64,000 bases of DNA from an uncultured Spirochaetota bacterium (GCA_963734495.1 CAVTHK010000009.1:267308-331307); one strand, 5' to 3'. Positions 40,170 through 53,924 are shown, counted from the first letter of the stretch. The notes: generated from the sequence alone by a model not told the origin. A program made the numbers and translations.

Positions 40170-40734
40170 TCACTTTGTCATCGTGGTGTACGAGCCGAGG
40201 TCCAGGATCGAGCATTCCGCCGAGAATCCCGCGGGCGGCACCCCGAGGGATTGGATCAGGCGGGCCCAGAAATTGACCTGGGCGCAGGTGCTCGCGATGA
40301 TCACGATCCCTCGCTCCGTGAAGTGCTTTTTCAGGGTCTCGACGACGTGCGATGGAAAAGAGACCGGCGTGCGGCAGATGCACTCGACGTAGCGGAGGGC
40401 CGCCTTCTCGTCATCTCGAAGCGTAGACACCTGGTCCATCGGGACCCTGCCCTGCAACGCCCTGATCTCCTCCTCGCTCATCCCCGTCTTCTGGAAATCC
40501 CTGGCGTTCATGTCGATGCAGAAGGGACACGAAACCAGGAACGAAGTGTGCACACGGATGAGGCCCAGGAGACGCCTGGGGACCTCCGGCTCGTCGTGGG
40601 CGACAAGCCCCTCCATGACGCCCGAGCCGATCAGTGCCTTGGGGTACCACGTGAGGATCCTGGTGGCGAGGAGCTGCCTGCCGAGCCGCTCGAAATGTCT
40701 TGCGGATCCGTTTCGGGGGCCGGATGTAGCTCAT
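40170..40734 (-). CDS. Carboxymuconolactone decarboxylase / AhpD-like family protein, one frame disruption
   Basis: The CxxC motif is present (FLVSCPFCIDMNARDF). The N-terminus MSYIRPPKRIRKTF (ATG 40734) is in another frame. Removing one C at ~40692 gives ..TFERLGRQLLATRILTWYPKALIGSGVMEGL... Confidence 0.8.
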
Positions 40735-40751
40735 GTCGGTGCCTGCTCGTT

Positions 40752-41315
40752 TCAGGGCGTCAGCCTGTAGAAATCCATGTGCGTGAGGCTCATCTTCTCC
40801 ACCGCACGGAAGCCCGCGAGCCGCGATAACTCCATGATCCGGGAGGACTCCATGCGGTGCGCGAGCGGCGGACCGATCGACTCGCTGCGGTGGGGCCATT
40901 CGAGGATGGCAACCCGCTTCCGCGAGACCCTCCGCGCCTCGGCGAGCGCCTTGGCGGGATCGTCGGTTTCGTGCAGCACGAGGCCGAGAAAGACAAGGTC
41001 GAAGGAGCCATCGTCAAAGGGAAGCTGTTCGGCGACGCCTTCACGGAACGCGCCGGAGGGCACCTGGGCGCGCGCGACGGCGAGCAGATCAGGGTCGGGA
41101 TCGATCCCCGTCACGCGCATCTTCAAGCCTGCAAATGCCTCCGCGAACAGGCCAGTGCCCGTGCCGACGTCAAGGATGCCGGCCGCATCGAGGCCTTCGG
41201 CGCACAGTCGCGTGACTGTTTCCATTTCGAGAAGCGCGACCCGCTCGGGAGCGCGAAGCCTCTCCGCTGCTCCGTGGAACCGCCGCTCGTGATCCTGCAT
41301 CCCTGGTGCGCCCAT
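40752..41315 (-). CDS. Class I SAM-dependent methyltransferase
   Basis: The SAM-binding motif ILDVGTGTGLFAEAFA is present, with ..FDLVFLGLVLHE... ATG 41315 follows GGGGGA. The 187-aa ORF is intact. Confidence 0.85.
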   Translation of the reverse strand: MGAPGMQDHERRFHGAAERLRAPERVALLEMETVTRLCAEGLDAAGILDVGTGTGLFAEAFAGLKMRVTGIDPDPDLLAVARAQVPSGAFREGVAEQLPFDDGSFDLVFLGLVLHETDDPAKALAEARRVSRKRVAILEWPHRSESIGPPLAHRMESSRIMELSRLAGFRAVEKMSLTHMDFYRLTP

Positions 41316-41394
41316 CGAGTCCCCCTTGCCGACACCCGCCGTAAATGCCAGAGAGGCCCTCAGATATCGAAGGGCCTCCTCCCCGGCGGTGCGT

Positions 41395-42000
41395 CTACAG
41401 GTTCACGCGGTCGAAATCCCCAAACATCAGAAACGTCTTCGTGTAAACAGACTTCATCGCCTCCACGGTGCGAACGAGCGCGCCGCGGTCACCGCCCTGA
41501 AGGGCCTGCTGGACGGCAGAGATCCCGTCCAGCACCGCCTGCTCGCCCTTGCGCAGCTCGTCCGCCTTCGCGACGGAGAACCCGTAGGTGGAGGCGGCGA
41601 ACGGCGCCGCAAGGGTTGCTGTCCATCTCGCGCGGGCTTCCGGCAGGAGGGCGGCGACCTGCTGCACCTGCGCTTCGTCCACCGTGTCCGCGGTCCGGCC
41701 GGCTGTGACGGCGGTGACGTTCTCCATGCTCTCGTGGTACCGGTTCAGGTAATCCACGTAGTACGGGATGGACCGCTGCGAGCGCAGGCCGACCCAGATG
41801 TCGCGGACCTCCTCGAGGGCCGCGTGCGCGCCTGCCAGATCGCCTTTGTTCAGCAGTTCCTCGGAGCGGAGGAGAACCGCTGTCGTGCGCTCCGCCTGCG
41901 CGGACGCCGCCAATGCTGCGGCCGTGAGTATCGCGGCCAGCGCCAGGATCCGGCGCGTCCGGCCGATCGATCCCCCCCGTCTCAGACTCTTCGAGTTCAT
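41395..42000 (-). CDS. Hypothetical secreted helical protein
   Basis: ATG 42000 follows GAAGGAG and encodes the signal peptide ..RRILALAAILTAAALAASAQA. The remaining ~165 residues are Ala/Leu/Glu-rich. No family recognised. Confidence 0.6.
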   Translation of the reverse strand: MNSKSLRRGGSIGRTRRILALAAILTAAALAASAQAERTTAVLLRSEELLNKGDLAGAHAALEEVRDIWVGLRSQRSIPYYVDYLNRYHESMENVTAVTAGRTADTVDEAQVQQVAALLPEARARWTATLAAPFAASTYGFSVAKADELRKGEQAVLDGISAVQQALQGGDRGALVRTVEAMKSVYTKTFLMFGDFDRVNL

Positions 42001-42161
42001 CCCGTCTCCTTCTATCTTCGATCCTGCGCGTGTGGTTTGCCCGGATCGCCTGCACAAGATAGCGAAAGTCGGCGGAGGATCACGGTGAGTTTTGTCACAC
42101 AACGACGGGATCGGAACCAGCAGGGTGTGCGCGCCCGCGGCGGCCCGGCGACCCGCGTTGC

Positions 42162-43196
<1,035 letters not shown>

Positions 43197-43480
43197 TCAC
43201 CACGAGACGGATGCGTCTCGTCACGAAAGACACGATTGATCGCCTGCCGGTATTGATCGGCAGCTTCGCTCGCGACATTTGCCGCCCGTATTGCCGTTGC
43301 GCGCGAGCCGCGGGAAGTAGCTGCTCGAGCCCTCCAGCCGGATGCGATGGCCGCAGTTCCACGACGTTGTCGCCGGGCAGGACGACCTGGCCAACGATCG
43401 GGGCGGCGCGAGGGTGCCCACGGAGGTCGACCGGGTCCCGATTGTCCTCTCCGCTTGCAGGCGCGAAGCGCGTCGCTTCC

Positions 43481-44501
43481 CTATTCAACTTCAGCCCTCG
43501 TCACCACTTCGCGCAATCGGGCGATGTCTGCGGTGGGCGCACTGCCGAAGAAGCGTCTGTACTCCCTGCTGAACTGAGAGGCGCTCACGTAGCCGACCTG
43601 ACGGCTTGCATTGCCCGCATCCATCATGCTGGACAGCATGAGTCGCCGCGCCTCCTGGAGCCGAAGTGCTTTTTGATACTGCAGCGGGCTCATCGACGTG
43701 ACCGCTTTGAAGTGCTGATGAAAGGTGGAAGCGCTCATGTTCGCGAGGTCGGCCAACCGTTCGACTTTCATCGGTTGTGAGAAGTTCGTGCGCAACCAGG
43801 AGATCGCTTTCGCAACGCCCCGTACGCCCGAATCGGCAATCCCTACCTGCGCTACCCGGACCCCGACCGAACTGCGAAGGAGCCGGATCAGGATTTCGTC
43901 GATGACCAGGGGAGCGAGAACATCTGCATCGCCTGGCTCCGACATGAGCTCGACGAGCCTCGTTGCAGCGTTCAGGATATTCTCGTCCGCCTGCGTGACC
44001 GCTACTGCGCGGTTGTCGTGTACCGAAGGAATGCCGTGGGGAAACACCTTCAGGACGAGCGCTGCCACCCTGCTCGGGTCAAGATCGAACCCGCATGAGG
44101 CAGAGAAACGGCTCGGCGCGGCTTGCGCGCGTCACCTGCGAAGCGACCGGCACGTCGACCGAGAATACGATCATGCGTGAAGCATCGTACTCGTAGACCT
44201 CACGACCCACCATGACGCTCTTTGCCCCTTGCGCAACGATGCAGAATGCCGACTGTTGCACTCCGTGAATGAGCTCGGTGTTTGTCCGCGAACGGCGAAT
44301 CGCGTGGACGCCGGGAACGCGAAGCTGGAAGCGACCGTCGTGCGGCGCGTACGCGCCAATCAAACCTGCAAGCCTCGACAGGACGGGCTCCAGTGATGGT
44401 CCTGACGCCTCCGCTCCCTTCGATCGGCTGCTGGAAGCCTTGACGCGGGACTTCCTCCTCGACGAGTCCAGCGAAGACGACGTCACTGCAAATGGCATCA
44501 T
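43481..44501 (-). CDS. AraC-family transcriptional regulator (AraC_N-type sensor domain + HTH), one frame disruption
   Basis: The C-terminal HTH is ..[60 protein letters not shown]. The N-terminal domain is in ORF 44079..44501. Removing one G from the GGG run (plus-strand CCC at 44090-44092) joins ..PFLCLMR|[16 protein letters not shown]... Confidence 0.85.
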
Positions 44502-44696
44502 GGCTTCCTCCCGCCTGCAGATTGCGCCATGTCAGGCGCACTGTCTTTGATGTGCCACACGGCCGCCTGCGGCGGCGGCCGCTCGGCGATGAGGGTCATG
44601 ACCACGAACTGCAGTCCGATGAGAGCGCCAGCTGCCGCGCCGACCACTACGCAGAAGGGTTTCCCATCCGCCAAGCTCTCCAACGACGGGACTCAT
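44498..44696 (-). CDS. Small hypothetical membrane protein (~65 aa), frame-disrupted, translationally abutting the AraC gene
   Basis: ATG 44696 lies 8 nt after AGGAGG (MSPV..). After a 1-nt shift near 44686 it continues as [36 protein letters not shown].. (one TM segment). The stop at 44498-44500 abuts the AraC ATG at 44501. Confidence 0.35.
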
Positions 44697-44757
44697 GTTC
44701 CGAGCCTCCTGTTCGCTCTCGCGGGCAGTGCACTGCTCGAGCGCTTCCTGTGACCGA

Positions 44758-46357
<1,600 letters not shown>

Positions 46358-46384
46358 CGTTCCGTCCTCTTTTCGATCGCCAGC

Positions 46385-47380
<996 letters not shown>

Positions 47381-47728
47381 TCAGCGGTGCTCAATTTCGT
47401 CAGTCGCAAAACAAGCCGCGGCTCGCTCCCCAAGGCTCGCCCGGGCGGCGGTCCGATCGTCCAACCGGCCTCCCGTCCTGGCTGGGTTGCAGTGCAAGTA
47501 TACGGAACTCCCCGGCCGACCATTTGCCTGATGCTGCGGATGTTTTGCCCAATTCCCCTGAGATTGCCCAGTGCACCCCTGCGCCCCCGAAGAAGGTACG
47601 CCTTTCGAGTTCCGCAGACACTCAAGGCAGCGTTCGTCTGCCAGGGGCCGAGATCAGGTGACAAACCAGGCAGCCTTCCGCGATGCTACGATACGTCCGT
47701 TGGCACGGAGTCATCGACCGCCGGCCTG

Positions 47729-48466
47729 TCACCACCTCGCCATCATTTCACCCGCCTCGATTCGAAGGTCCAGAACGTTTTCGCGAGGCGCGAGCGGGCA
47801 GACCCATCGAGAGTTGTACGCGCAGGATGGATTGTAGGCAAAGTTGAAGTCCATGAGGATGCTCTCGGGCGCGGCGCCGAGATCCGCGCCTTTGACCGTG
47901 TCATAGAGGTAGCGACCGCCGCCGTAGGTTTCGCGCCCGCTCGTGAGGTCCTTGAAGGGGAGGAACAGGCCGCCGCCGTAGCCCTCGAGCCAGAAGAGCG
48001 TAAGGGTCATGGGGTCTCGTCGCCGTGGTTCGACTGCCGCCCGTCGCGCCTCGGAATCCGCGGGAGTCGTTGAGCCGCCGGCTTCGGGTCGGTCGAAGAG
48101 AGCGAGCGCGAACGGGCGGTAGGTCGACTTCCCTTCCGGCAGCTCGATGGTCATCAGGCGAGGGTCGTCGCGCTCCCCACGAACCGGCGAAGAGAGCCCG
48201 TCCCGATCGGCGTCGTCGAGAGGAGCTATGCGCGCCTGGATTCTCCACGCGGGGTTGTAGGCGAAGTAGGGTATTTGGTCGAAGCCTGCCTTCTGTCTGC
48301 TGTCGAGCGGCGATTGGGCGTGCGTAGCGAACAGCGCATTCCGTGTCGCGCGGTACTGCTCCCACGCCGCTCGAGGGTCCCGTGCCGACAAGTCCCGCGC
48401 CCTGGCGTACATCTCCGCGACGAGACGCCGCCACTCCGCGAGCTCGAGGACCTCACGGTGATTCAC
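47729..48466 (-). CDS. DUF1684 domain-containing protein
   Basis: Intact 245 aa with hallmark C-terminal motifs ..FKDLTSGRETYGGGRYLY.. and ..DFNFAYNPSCAYNSRWVCPLAPRENVL..AGE... Confidence 0.85.
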   Translation of the reverse strand: MNHREVLELAEWRRLVAEMYARARDLSARDPRAAWEQYRATRNALFATHAQSPLDSRQKAGFDQIPYFAYNPAWRIQARIAPLDDADRDGLSSPVRGERDDPRLMTIELPEGKSTYRPFALALFDRPEAGGSTTPADSEARRAAVEPRRRDPMTLTLFWLEGYGGGLFLPFKDLTSGRETYGGGRYLYDTVKGADLGAAPESILMDFNFAYNPSCAYNSRWVCPLAPRENVLDLRIEAGEMMARW

Positions 48467-48527
48467 GTTGAAAGAGTCCCGCCGCTGAGCAGCGGCGCGA
48501 TCGCGCGCTCATTCGAGCCTCCGCCCT

Positions 48528-49347
48528 TCAGCTCTCGAAACGCTTCCGCACGGCGCGCGCCTTCTGCATGAAAGCCTTGACCCTCTCCTGGTCCACGTCG
48601 TTCCAGATATAGCCGTCGCGCTTGAAGGTCGTCCCCACGATCGCGCCGTCGGCCGCGGCGAGCTGCTCTTCCACGTTCTCCAGCCGCACGCCGGTGTTGG
48701 CGAGCACGATGGTGTCCGGGACAGCCGCCTTGACGCGGCGCAGCACGTCGGCCGAGGCCTGCGCGCCCGCGATGATCCCGGACACGCAGAGAGCGTCGGG
48801 CCGGCCGTTGAAGACCGTGGAGCGGGCGATCTCCGCGGCGTCGCGCGCCGCGAGGTACGCGGCAGCCTCGGGCACGATGTTGAACAGCAGCCTCACGTCT
48901 CTCACCGCCGATGGCGTGCTGGTGGCGGACCACCTCGCCGCAGCTCGTGTTCCACAGGCCGAAGTCGCTCGCGTACACGCCCGTGAAGATCTCGCGCACG
49001 AACCGCGCGCCCACGGCCACCGCGAGGTCGAGCGAGGCCTTCGGGTCCCAGAGCACGTTCACGCCGTACGGCACGCGGAGGTCGTGCCTGAGCTCGCCGA
49101 TGATGCGCGCCATGGCGGCCACCGTGATCGTGTCGACCTTTGTGAGGTACGGGAGGCTGAACTCGTTGGAGAACATCACCGCGTCCACGCCGCCGGCCTG
49201 CAGCGCGGCGAGGTCCTGCCTCGCCTTCTCCAGCACCCAGGACACGCCGCGGCTCCGATCGTACTGCGGGTCGCCGGGGAGGGCGCGGAGGTGGCACATG
49301 GCGATGATGGGCTTTGCGGTCCCGAAGAGCTCCGTAGTCCAGGACAT
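48528..49347 (-). CDS. BtpA/SgcQ family TIM-barrel protein, one frame disruption
   Basis: The N-terminal part is MSWTTELFGTAKPIIAMCHLRALPGDPQYD..DAVMFSNEF.. (ORF 48463..49347). The C-terminal part is ..LLFNIVPEAAAYLA..ALCVSG..IVLANTGV..GTTFKRDGYIWN (ORF 48528..48905). Removing one A near 48902 joins ..HAIGGE|DVRLLF... Confidence 0.82.
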
Positions 49348-49430
49348 GTCCGGCTCCTTGTCAAAACTGAAGGTCTGCGCCCGGCATTGTGCGCGGAGCG
49401 CGCGCGAGGGTCAAACCTGCTCGCGCGCGT

Positions 49431-49460
49431 TTGACAGCGGAGCGCGCCCGCTGCTATAGC
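49431..49460 (+). promoter_or_regulatory. Sigma70-like promoter placed for a leaderless aminopeptidase transcript
   Basis: TTGACA (49431-49436), an 18-nt spacer, then TATAGC (49455-49460), with only 5 nt (ggggc) before ATG 49466. No SD at normal spacing. It is preceded by the 9-bp inverted repeat GCGCGCGAG..CTCGCGCGC (49400-49428). Confidence 0.45.
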
Positions 49461-49465
49461 GGGGC

Positions 49466-50545
49466 ATGATCGATCCGCGCTGGGAGAGCCTTGCCGCCGT
49501 GCTTGTCGGCCACTCGACGGCCGTGCGGCCCGGCGACCGCGTGCTCATCACCATGATGGAGACCGGCTCCTACCCGCTGGCGCGCGCCGTCCACGCGGCC
49601 GCGGTCAGGGCGGGAGGGCTGCCGCAGATCGAGTTCCAGTCCGCGGGGATCGAGCGCGACCTGCTCGCGCTCGGCAGCGACGAGCAGGCGGGCTGGGTCC
49701 CCGAGATGCAGCACAAGGGCATGGAGTGGGCCGACGTCTCCATCGGCCTCAGGGGCTCCGCCAACCCGCACGAGCTGGAGGATGTGCCCGCGGCGAGGAT
49801 CGCCGCGCGCCGCCGCGCGCTCGGCGCCGTCTCCGCCCTGCGCACCGAGCGCACGCGGTGGGTGATCGTGCGGGTCCCGGGGCCGGCGCTCGCGCAGGCT
49901 GCCGGCATGAGCGCCGACAGCCTCGAGTCGCTCTTTTTCGCCGCGTGCCTCCGCGACTGGGCGGAGGAGAGGCGCCGCCTCGAGGCGGCCGCCGGTCTGT
50001 TTGCCGGAGCGCGCGAGGTGCGGATCGCCGGCCGCGGCACAGATCTGCGGCTCTCGATCGCGGGCCGCACGTGGATGATCGACGACGGCCGCATCAACAT
50101 GCCGGGCGGCGAGATCGCCACCTGCCCGGTCGAGGACGCGGTCGACGGCGAGATCGCCTTCGAGCAGCCCGCGGTCTTCGCCGGTCGCTCGATCCCCGGC
50201 ATCAGGCTGCGCTTCGAGCGCGGCCTCGCCGTGGAGGCGCGGGCGGACCGCCACGAGGACCTGCTGCGCAGCCTCCTGGACGTGGACGAGGGCGCGCGCC
50301 GCGTCGGCGAGCTGGGGATCGGGATGAACCCCGCGATCGATCGCTTCTGCGGCGACCTCTTCTACGACGAGAAGATCGCGGGCACGGCGCACATCGCGCT
50401 CGGCCGCTCTTACGCCGAGTGCGGAGGCCGCAACCGTTCGTCGCTGCACTGGGACATCGTGAAGGACCTGCGGGCCGAAGGGGCGATCTACGCGGACGGC
50501 CGCAAAGTCTTCGAAGCGGGTCGGTTCCTCACCGCGCAGCCGTGA
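49466..50545 (+). CDS. M29 family aminopeptidase (AmpS/PepS-like)
   Basis: Intact 359 aa: MIDPRWESLAAVLVGHSTAVRPGDRVLI.., ..INMPGGEIATCPVEDAVDGEIAF.., ..GELGIGMNP..DEKIAGTAHIALG... Confidence 0.85.
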   Translation: MIDPRWESLAAVLVGHSTAVRPGDRVLITMMETGSYPLARAVHAAAVRAGGLPQIEFQSAGIERDLLALGSDEQAGWVPEMQHKGMEWADVSIGLRGSANPHELEDVPAARIAARRRALGAVSALRTERTRWVIVRVPGPALAQAAGMSADSLESLFFAACLRDWAEERRRLEAAAGLFAGAREVRIAGRGTDLRLSIAGRTWMIDDGRINMPGGEIATCPVEDAVDGEIAFEQPAVFAGRSIPGIRLRFERGLAVEARADRHEDLLRSLLDVDEGARRVGELGIGMNPAIDRFCGDLFYDEKIAGTAHIALGRSYAECGGRNRSSLHWDIVKDLRAEGAIYADGRKVFEAGRFLTAQP

Positions 50546-50548
50546 CCT

Positions 50549-51313
50549 TCACAGCCGGACGGGCACTCCCCTGTCGTGCAGGTACTCCTTGACCTCGCCG
50601 ATCGTGAGGGTGCCGAAGTGGAACACCGACGCGCCCAGGACCGCGCGGGCGTGCCCCTCGGCCACGGCCTCGTAGAAGTGCTCGAGCGAGCCGGCGCCGC
50701 CGCTGGCGATCACGGGCAGGCCCGTGGCGTCCGCGATGGCGCGGGTGAGCTCGAGGTCGTAGCCCAGGCGCGTGCCGTCCGCCGTCTTGCTCGTCGGGAG
50801 GATCCTCCCGGCGCCGGCGTCGGCCATCTCGCGGGCGAACGCGACCGCGTCGGTGCCCGTGGCCGTGCGGCCCCCGTCGATGTAGACCTCGCGCCGCGAA
50901 GGGAGGCGCTCGTTGACGTCCGCGTCTATGGCCACGACGATGGTCTCGGGCCCGAAGCGGCGGGAAGCCTCGCGGACAAAGGCCTTGTCGCGGTAAGCCG
51001 CGCTGGAGATCGAGACGCGGCGCGCGCCGGAGGCGAGCGCCTGCTCGACGTCCGCGAGCGACCGGATGCCGCCGCCCACGGTCACGGGGACCTTGACGGC
51101 CGCGGTCACGCGCTTGAGGACGTCGAACATCGTGCGCCTCTTCTCTACAGTCGCCGTGATGTCGAGAAAAGCGAGCTCGTCGGCCCCGCCGTCTGAGTAG
51201 GCCTGCGCCGCCTCTACAGGGTCGGCGGCGTCGCGCAGCGCGACGAAGTGGACCCCTTTGACCACCCTGCCGTCTTTCATGTCGAGGCAGGGGACGACTG
51301 CTACCGTGTCCAT
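50549..51313 (-). CDS. hisF: Imidazole glycerol phosphate synthase cyclase subunit HisF-like protein (stand-alone)
   Basis: ATG 51313 gives MDTVAVVPCLDMKDGRVVKGVHF..DPVEAAQAYSDGGADELAFLDITA..VGGGIRS..VVAIDAD..IASGGAGSLEH... No hisH, hisA or other his genes are in the window. Confidence 0.8.
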   Translation of the reverse strand: MDTVAVVPCLDMKDGRVVKGVHFVALRDAADPVEAAQAYSDGGADELAFLDITATVEKRRTMFDVLKRVTAAVKVPVTVGGGIRSLADVEQALASGARRVSISSAAYRDKAFVREASRRFGPETIVVAIDADVNERLPSRREVYIDGGRTATGTDAVAFAREMADAGAGRILPTSKTADGTRLGYDLELTRAIADATGLPVIASGGAGSLEHFYEAVAEGHARAVLGASVFHFGTLTIGEVKEYLHDRGVPVRL

Positions 51314-51366
51314 GTCCGCAGCATGACGCGCCGCGTCGGGTCGGTCAACCGCGCCGCTGCGCGGCT

Positions 51367-52494
51367 TCATACCTTGATCTCAACGGCGATGCGGGGCATC
51401 CACGAAGAGATCTCGATGCTCTGCGGGCACTTCGGCTCGCACTCGCGGCACTCGATGCACGCCGAGGGCCTGCTCCCGGCCTCGATCTGCGCGAGCTGCT
51501 TTTTCGCCCGGCCCGGGTTGTTGTACACGACGCTGTCGTTGTAGATCCGGAACACTTTGGGGATGGCGACGCCGTTCGGGCAGGGCATGCAGTACTCGCA
51601 CTGCGTGCACGGGACGGGACGGATCTCGCGGTAGCGGTCGCGCACGCGGCCGACGAGCTCGAGCTCGCCCGCCGACAGCTTCTGCGACGAGTCCGCGAGG
51701 CGCAGGTTCTCTTCGACGTGCTCCATGGCGCTCATCCCGCTCAGGACGACGCTCACCTCGGGCTTGCTCCACACCCACGAGAGCGCCCACTCGACCGGGC
51801 TCCTCTTCCGCTCCGCCGTGGCCCACAGGGACGCGACGGGGTCGGGGGGCGACGTGAGGTTCCCGCCCAGCAGCGGCTCCATCACGACGACGGCCAGCCC
51901 CTTGGCGTGCGCGTACTGCAGGCCCTTTGTCCCCGCCTGGTGCTCCTCGTCCATGTAGTTGTACTGGATCTGGCAGAAGGTCCACTTGTCCCAGTCGTCG
52001 ATGATCCTGGGGAAGGTCTTGTACTCGTCGTGGAACGAGAAGCCGAGGCACCCGATGCGGCCCGACGCGATCGCGCGCTCGGCCCAGTCGAGGATGCCGA
52101 GGCGCTGGCCCTTCTCCCAGCGGTCGGCCTTGAGCCCGTGGAGCAGGTAGCAGTCGATGTGGTCGGTCTGCAGCTTCTCGAGCTGCTCGTTGAGGATCAG
52201 GTCGAAGTCCGCCGCGCTCTCGATCTTCCACATGGGCATCTTGGTGGCGAGATGGACCTTGCGCCGCCACTCGCCCTTCAGCGCGCGGCCGACGAAGCGC
52301 TCGCTCTCGCCCTTGTGGTAGCCGTAGGCCGTGTCGACGTAGTTGACCCCGGCGTCGATCGCGCTGTGCAGCATGCGCGTGGCCAGCGGCTCGTCGATGC
52401 GGCCGGGATCACCGCCGATGACAGGCAGCCGCATGCACCCGAAGCCCAGGATCGAAGCCTCGAAGCCGGCCTTGCCGAAAGCGCGGTAGCGCAT
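51367..52494 (-). CDS. Aldo/keto reductase fused to a C-terminal 4Fe-4S ferredoxin-like domain
   Basis: ATG 52494 gives MRYRAFGKAGFEASILGFGCMRLP..YVDTAYGYHKGESE... The C-terminal Cys clusters are CTQCEYCMPCP and CIECRECEPKCP. The 375-aa ORF is intact. Confidence 0.88.
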   Translation of the reverse strand: MRYRAFGKAGFEASILGFGCMRLPVIGGDPGRIDEPLATRMLHSAIDAGVNYVDTAYGYHKGESERFVGRALKGEWRRKVHLATKMPMWKIESAADFDLILNEQLEKLQTDHIDCYLLHGLKADRWEKGQRLGILDWAERAIASGRIGCLGFSFHDEYKTFPRIIDDWDKWTFCQIQYNYMDEEHQAGTKGLQYAHAKGLAVVVMEPLLGGNLTSPPDPVASLWATAERKRSPVEWALSWVWSKPEVSVVLSGMSAMEHVEENLRLADSSQKLSAGELELVGRVRDRYREIRPVPCTQCEYCMPCPNGVAIPKVFRIYNDSVVYNNPGRAKKQLAQIEAGSRPSACIECRECEPKCPQSIEISSWMPRIAVEIKV

Positions 52495-52578
52495 CACCCC
52501 TCCTTTGAGTCGACGCACGCTTTTTGGAATTGATGCGGATGTTAGCGGCCTGCGCCGGGCCCGTCAACCCGGCCGCCG

Positions 52579-53919
52579 TCAGAGCTTCTTGCGCTTCCAG
52601 CGGCCGGTGCGGAAGTAGGTGATGATGCCGGCGGCCTGGACCATCTCGCCCGCGGCGAGGCCGGCCCAGATGCCGTCGGTGCCCCAGAGGCTCGCGAAGA
52701 GCCAGGTGATCGGGACGCCGATGACTATGAGCGACCCGAACGTCACGATCATGGTCGCGATCGTGTCCCCCGCTCCGTCGATCGCGCGGCTGAGCACAAT
52801 GGCGAACGCCATCATCACCAGGGCCGGGACGAAGAAGTACAGGTACCGCGTGCCGAGCGCGATCACCTCGGGGGCGTCGTTGAACATCCCGATCACCAGG
52901 CTCGGGATCGAGAGGAACACGGCGCCCAGCACGGCCGCGATGATGCTGAAGAACCCGACCGAGATCCAGGCGCTGCGCTCGGCCCGCTCCGGTTGCCGTG
53001 CGCCGAGGTTCTGGCCCACGACTACGGCCGTGGCGTCGGCGAGGCTGAAGCCGAGCGTCATGCTGAAGATCCGCAGGCGCAGCCCGATCCCGAACGCCGC
53101 GAGGGCGAACGTGCCGAAGGCGGACGCGATTCGCACGAGGAACAGCCGCGAGAGGTTCATGCTGAGCATCCGCACCGAGCTGAAGACGCCGATGCTGATG
53201 GTCTTTCCCATGTAGTTGTGCCCGGGAGTCGGCAGGAGCCGCAGCCTGCGGCCGCGGTACAGCCTCCATCCGAGGATCGCCACGCCCACGCCCTGCGACA
53301 GCACCGTGGCCAGGGCGGCGCCCGCCGCGCCCATGCGCGGGAACGGGCCGATGCCGAAGATCAGCAGCGGGTCGCCGACCACGTTGACGATCGACGCGAT
53401 GCCCAGGGCCCACATCGGAGTGATCGCGTCGCCGAACCCGCGCGCCCCCGCGCTCATCGTCATCGTCATGAACATGGCGACCGACCCGACGGTCATCACG
53501 ATCAGGTAGTCGCCTCCCGGGCCGACGACGTCGTCGCCGCCTCCGAGGAGGCGCAGGAGCGGCCGCGACAGCCCCCAGCCGAGGACGGCGACGACCGCGG
53601 AGCACGCGAGCCCCAGGAGCAGGGACTGGCCGATCGCCCTCTCGGCCGACTCCTCCTCCTTCTGTCCCACGAAGCGCGAGACCAGCGCCACGGTCCCGGT
53701 GGAGATGCCCATCGAGAGCATGCGGATCAGGCCTACGACGACGCCGCCCATGGAGACGCCGGCGATGGCGCTCGGTCCGAGGCGGCCGACGAAGATCATG
53801 TCCACGATGTTGAAGAGGTCCTGGAAGGCCCCCGCGACCATCAATGGCAGCGCCAGGTGCCAGATGTTCGCGACCATCGGGCCCGTGGTCAGGTCGCGCC
53901 GAACGGCAACAGCTTGCAT
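52579..53919 (-). CDS. MATE family efflux transporter (second copy)
   Basis: ATG 53919 lies within ORF 52579..54804 and gives 446 aa: ..WHLALPLMVAGAFQDLFNIVDMIFVGRLG..VVGQNLGARQPERA... Confidence 0.9.
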   Translation of the reverse strand: MQAVAVRRDLTTGPMVANIWHLALPLMVAGAFQDLFNIVDMIFVGRLGPSAIAGVSMGGVVVGLIRMLSMGISTGTVALVSRFVGQKEEESAERAIGQSLLLGLACSAVVAVLGWGLSRPLLRLLGGGDDVVGPGGDYLIVMTVGSVAMFMTMTMSAGARGFGDAITPMWALGIASIVNVVGDPLLIFGIGPFPRMGAAGAALATVLSQGVGVAILGWRLYRGRRLRLLPTPGHNYMGKTISIGVFSSVRMLSMNLSRLFLVRIASAFGTFALAAFGIGLRLRIFSMTLGFSLADATAVVVGQNLGARQPERAERSAWISVGFFSIIAAVLGAVFLSIPSLVIGMFNDAPEVIALGTRYLYFFVPALVMMAFAIVLSRAIDGAGDTIATMIVTFGSLIVIGVPITWLFASLWGTDGIWAGLAAGEMVQAAGIITYFRTGRWKRKKL

Positions 53920-53924
53920 CAAAG

